Below are positions 61,920-64,000 of a stretch of 64,000 bases of DNA, in pieces. Both the position numbers and the translations under genes were made by a program. Each line of letters starts with the position of its first letter. Position 1 is the stretch's first letter. The stretch is taken from NCBI GenBank assembly GCA_963706285.1, contig CAVPLU010000004.1:192001-256000 (forward strand), read 5' to 3'. This stretch comes from Candidatus Bathyarchaeota archaeon. Its GTDB lineage: Archaea > Thermoproteota > Bathyarchaeia > 40CM-2-53-6. Under the pieces are notes generated by a model, which saw only the letters and a list, made by a program, of their open reading frames with translations, was not told where the DNA came from and searched no databases.

Positions 61920-63465
61920 GTGTCAGACATTTCTCACGACCGCGTCGTAGTCTTGGATTTCGGTGGGCAATACTCCCACCTGATAGCTCGACGGATCCGA
62001 GAGTGCGAAGTGTACTCAGAGCTTCTGCCTTGGAACACAGCAATCAGTGAGATTCAGGCTAAGACACCGAGAGCCATTGTACTATCCGGCGGTCCGGCAA
62101 GCGTGAAGGACCCAAACGCGCCGATGCTCGGAAAGGAGGTTTTCAGCCTCGGCATTCCAGTGCTTGGGATCTGCTATGGGCTTCAACTCATGGTCGAATT
62201 GTTCGGGGGAAAGATCGAGCGCCCACCATATGCAAGAGTACGGACGAACTGTTGTCAACTTCGAAGATCGCACTGATCTCTTCAAGGGACTTGCAGACGA
62301 GGGAATTTGCTGGATGAGTCACGCCGATTCCGCAACACAGCTTCCTGAAGGGTTCGAAGGTATCGCGCACTCAAAACACACGCGATATGCAGCGATCAGG
62401 AACAAGAAACGCTTACTCTTTGGCGTGCAGTTTCATCCAGAAGTCATTCACACTACCAGAGGCACAGATATCATTCGCAACTTTCTCTTCGAGGTTGCAG
62501 GATGTCGTCCCACGTGGAAGGTGGCACCCTTTGCGAAGGAAATGATCGCTGAAATCAGACGTACGGTGGGGAAGAAGCGTGTTCTCTGCGCCGTCAGTGG
62601 AGGGGTTGACTCGACCACGACCGCAGCTCTCGTGAATGAGGCCATAGGAAACCAGTTGATGTGCATTTTTGTTGATCACGGTCTCATGAGAAAAGGGGAA
62701 CCTGAGCAGGTAAGAGAGATCCTTGAGCGCATGAAACTCAAAACCGTTCACGTGAATGCATCTGACCGGTTTCTGACGAAGCTGAAAGGAATCTCAGACC
62801 CAGAGCAAAAGAGGAAGATCATTGGTGAAGAGTTCATCCGCGTTTTCACTGATGTCGCAAATGAGCATGGGAAATTCGAATGGCTGGCCCAAGGCACGCT
62901 CTACCCGGACGTAATAGAAAGCGCACATACCGGAAGCCCTGCCTCAAGAATCAAAACCCATCACAACGTGGCTGGGCTTCCTGAATGGACGGAGTTCAAG
63001 CTGATTGAGCCGCTCCGATTTCTCTACAAGGATGAGGTACGAAAAGTCGCAGCAGCACTGGGTATCCCTGCAGCGATCACTGCGAGACATCCGTTCCCTG
63101 GACCTGGATTGGCTGTGAGAATCCTTGGTGAAGTAACCAGAGATAAGGTCGCGATATGCCGTGAAGCGAGCGAAATTGTTGAGACCGAGCTCAGAGCCGA
63201 AGGGGTCTACGACAAGGTTTGGCAGGCATTCGCAATGGTCGGGGATGACCTTGCCGTCGGAGTCTTGGGCGATGAGCGGAAGCTCGGGCACGTTGTCACA
63301 GTACGCGTTGTGGAGTCGGTGGACGGCATGACCGCAGACTGGGTGCGCATCTCAGACGACCTGTTATCACGAATCAGCAACAGAATAACAAATGAAGTCA
63401 AGAATGTGACCTGGGTCACGTACGCAATCTCATCGAAGCCTCCATCAACTATCGAACCCTGCTGA
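61920..63465 (+). CDS. guaA: GMP synthase (fused GATase + ATPPase); frameshift near 62230
   Basis: LDFGGQYSHLIARR, GICYG, QFHPEV, SGGVDS, QGTLYPDVIES, KTHHNV, KPPSTIE. Confidence 0.96.
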
Positions 63466-63574
63466 CTCGTCGCCGGATATTCCGAAAGTCGTGTTTCCGA
63501 TCGCCGATACGTCTTCCGGCTGCGCCTGCACAAACATAATCCGCTGGAATCGGTCAGATACTCTGAGATGACTC

Positions 63575-64000
63575 ATGACAGAGTTCAAGATCAAGAATTG
63601 CGTGATTAGCGTCGTTCTAGGTGACATTACCCAAACGCAGGCTGACGCTATTGTGAATCCCGCAAATAGCAGACTGATGATGGGTGGCGGAGTAGCAGGA
63701 GCCATCAAACGAATTGGAGGAGCAATAATTGAAAAAGAAGCCGTTCAGAAGGGCCCGATCAGAGTCGGTGAGGCAGTTGCGACTAGTGCAGGAAAACTCA
63801 AAGCGCGTTATGTGATACATGCACCTACAATGCCGCTACCTGCGATGAGCACAGACCTGAAGAATGTCGAAAAAGCCACCTCAGCTGCACTTCGACTGGC
63901 AAGAGATCTCGAACTCTCGAGCATCGCGATTCCAGGAATGGGAACTGGAGTCGGGGGAGTTCCCGTCAAGGACGCCGCTCAAACCATGATTGAAGCCATC
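63575..64000 (+). CDS. Macrodomain ADP-ribose-binding/hydrolase protein, runs off window end
   Basis: Manual translation: GDITQTQADAIVNPANSRLMMGGGVAGAI, YVIHAPTM, PGMGTGVGG. Confidence 0.92.
   Translation, partial: MTEFKIKNCVISVVLGDITQTQADAIVNPANSRLMMGGGVAGAIKRIGGAIIEKEAVQKGPIRVGEAVATSAGKLKARYVIHAPTMPLPAMSTDLKNVEKATSAALRLARDLELSSIAIPGMGTGVGGVPVKDAAQTMIEAI

Noticed and set aside
4261-63465. Numerous split genes as pseudogenes or programmed frameshifts
   Set aside because: They hit housekeeping genes (asd, grpE, guaA, trm5), appear as indels with motifs otherwise intact and cluster regionally; long-read consensus error is the simpler explanation.

Overview
This is an archaeal window, most consistent with a TACK-type lineage such as Bathyarchaeia. 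The basis is three tRNAs each carrying two introns, Taw1/Trm5, Hjc, archaeal-type AsnA, PAC2 chaperones, GAGGTG-type SD sites and TATA boxes; the taxonomy is inference. Many genes, including housekeeping ones (asd, guaA, grpE), are split by indels, which points to long-read consensus errors, worst at 31-36 kb and 55-62 kb. Ordinary content: DNA repair (Fpg, Ogt), the thrC-hom-asd-aspartokinase cluster, citrate synthase, pgk, rpiA, CopA, ECF and metal ABC transporters, grpE-dnaK-dnaJ, a DMSO-reductase-family pair, an IS481 remnant, guaA and a macrodomain. Four things stand out. (1) 38.9-44.1 kb: a eukaryote-like ubiquitin locus (pro-ubiquitin ending GG-NGR, E2, Ubl-fused E1) with no RING E3. 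It has a JAMM domain apparently joined to a TM helix and ectodomain, and two flanking zinc-ribbon/B-box proteins. (2) 21.2-24.5 kb: a translationally coupled trio in which an RRE-radical SAM-SPASM enzyme follows a membrane protein ending in a 10-Cys CACACVSC tail. (3) 15.5-15.7 kb: an unannotated 22-codon Thr-rich ORF with its own TATA box, SD and downstream hairpin ahead of the threonine genes, a candidate archaeal leader-peptide control. (4) A pyrrolysine-free MtmB/corrinoid pair and a TPP riboswitch before thiT. All calls come from reading motifs by eye; no database searches were run.
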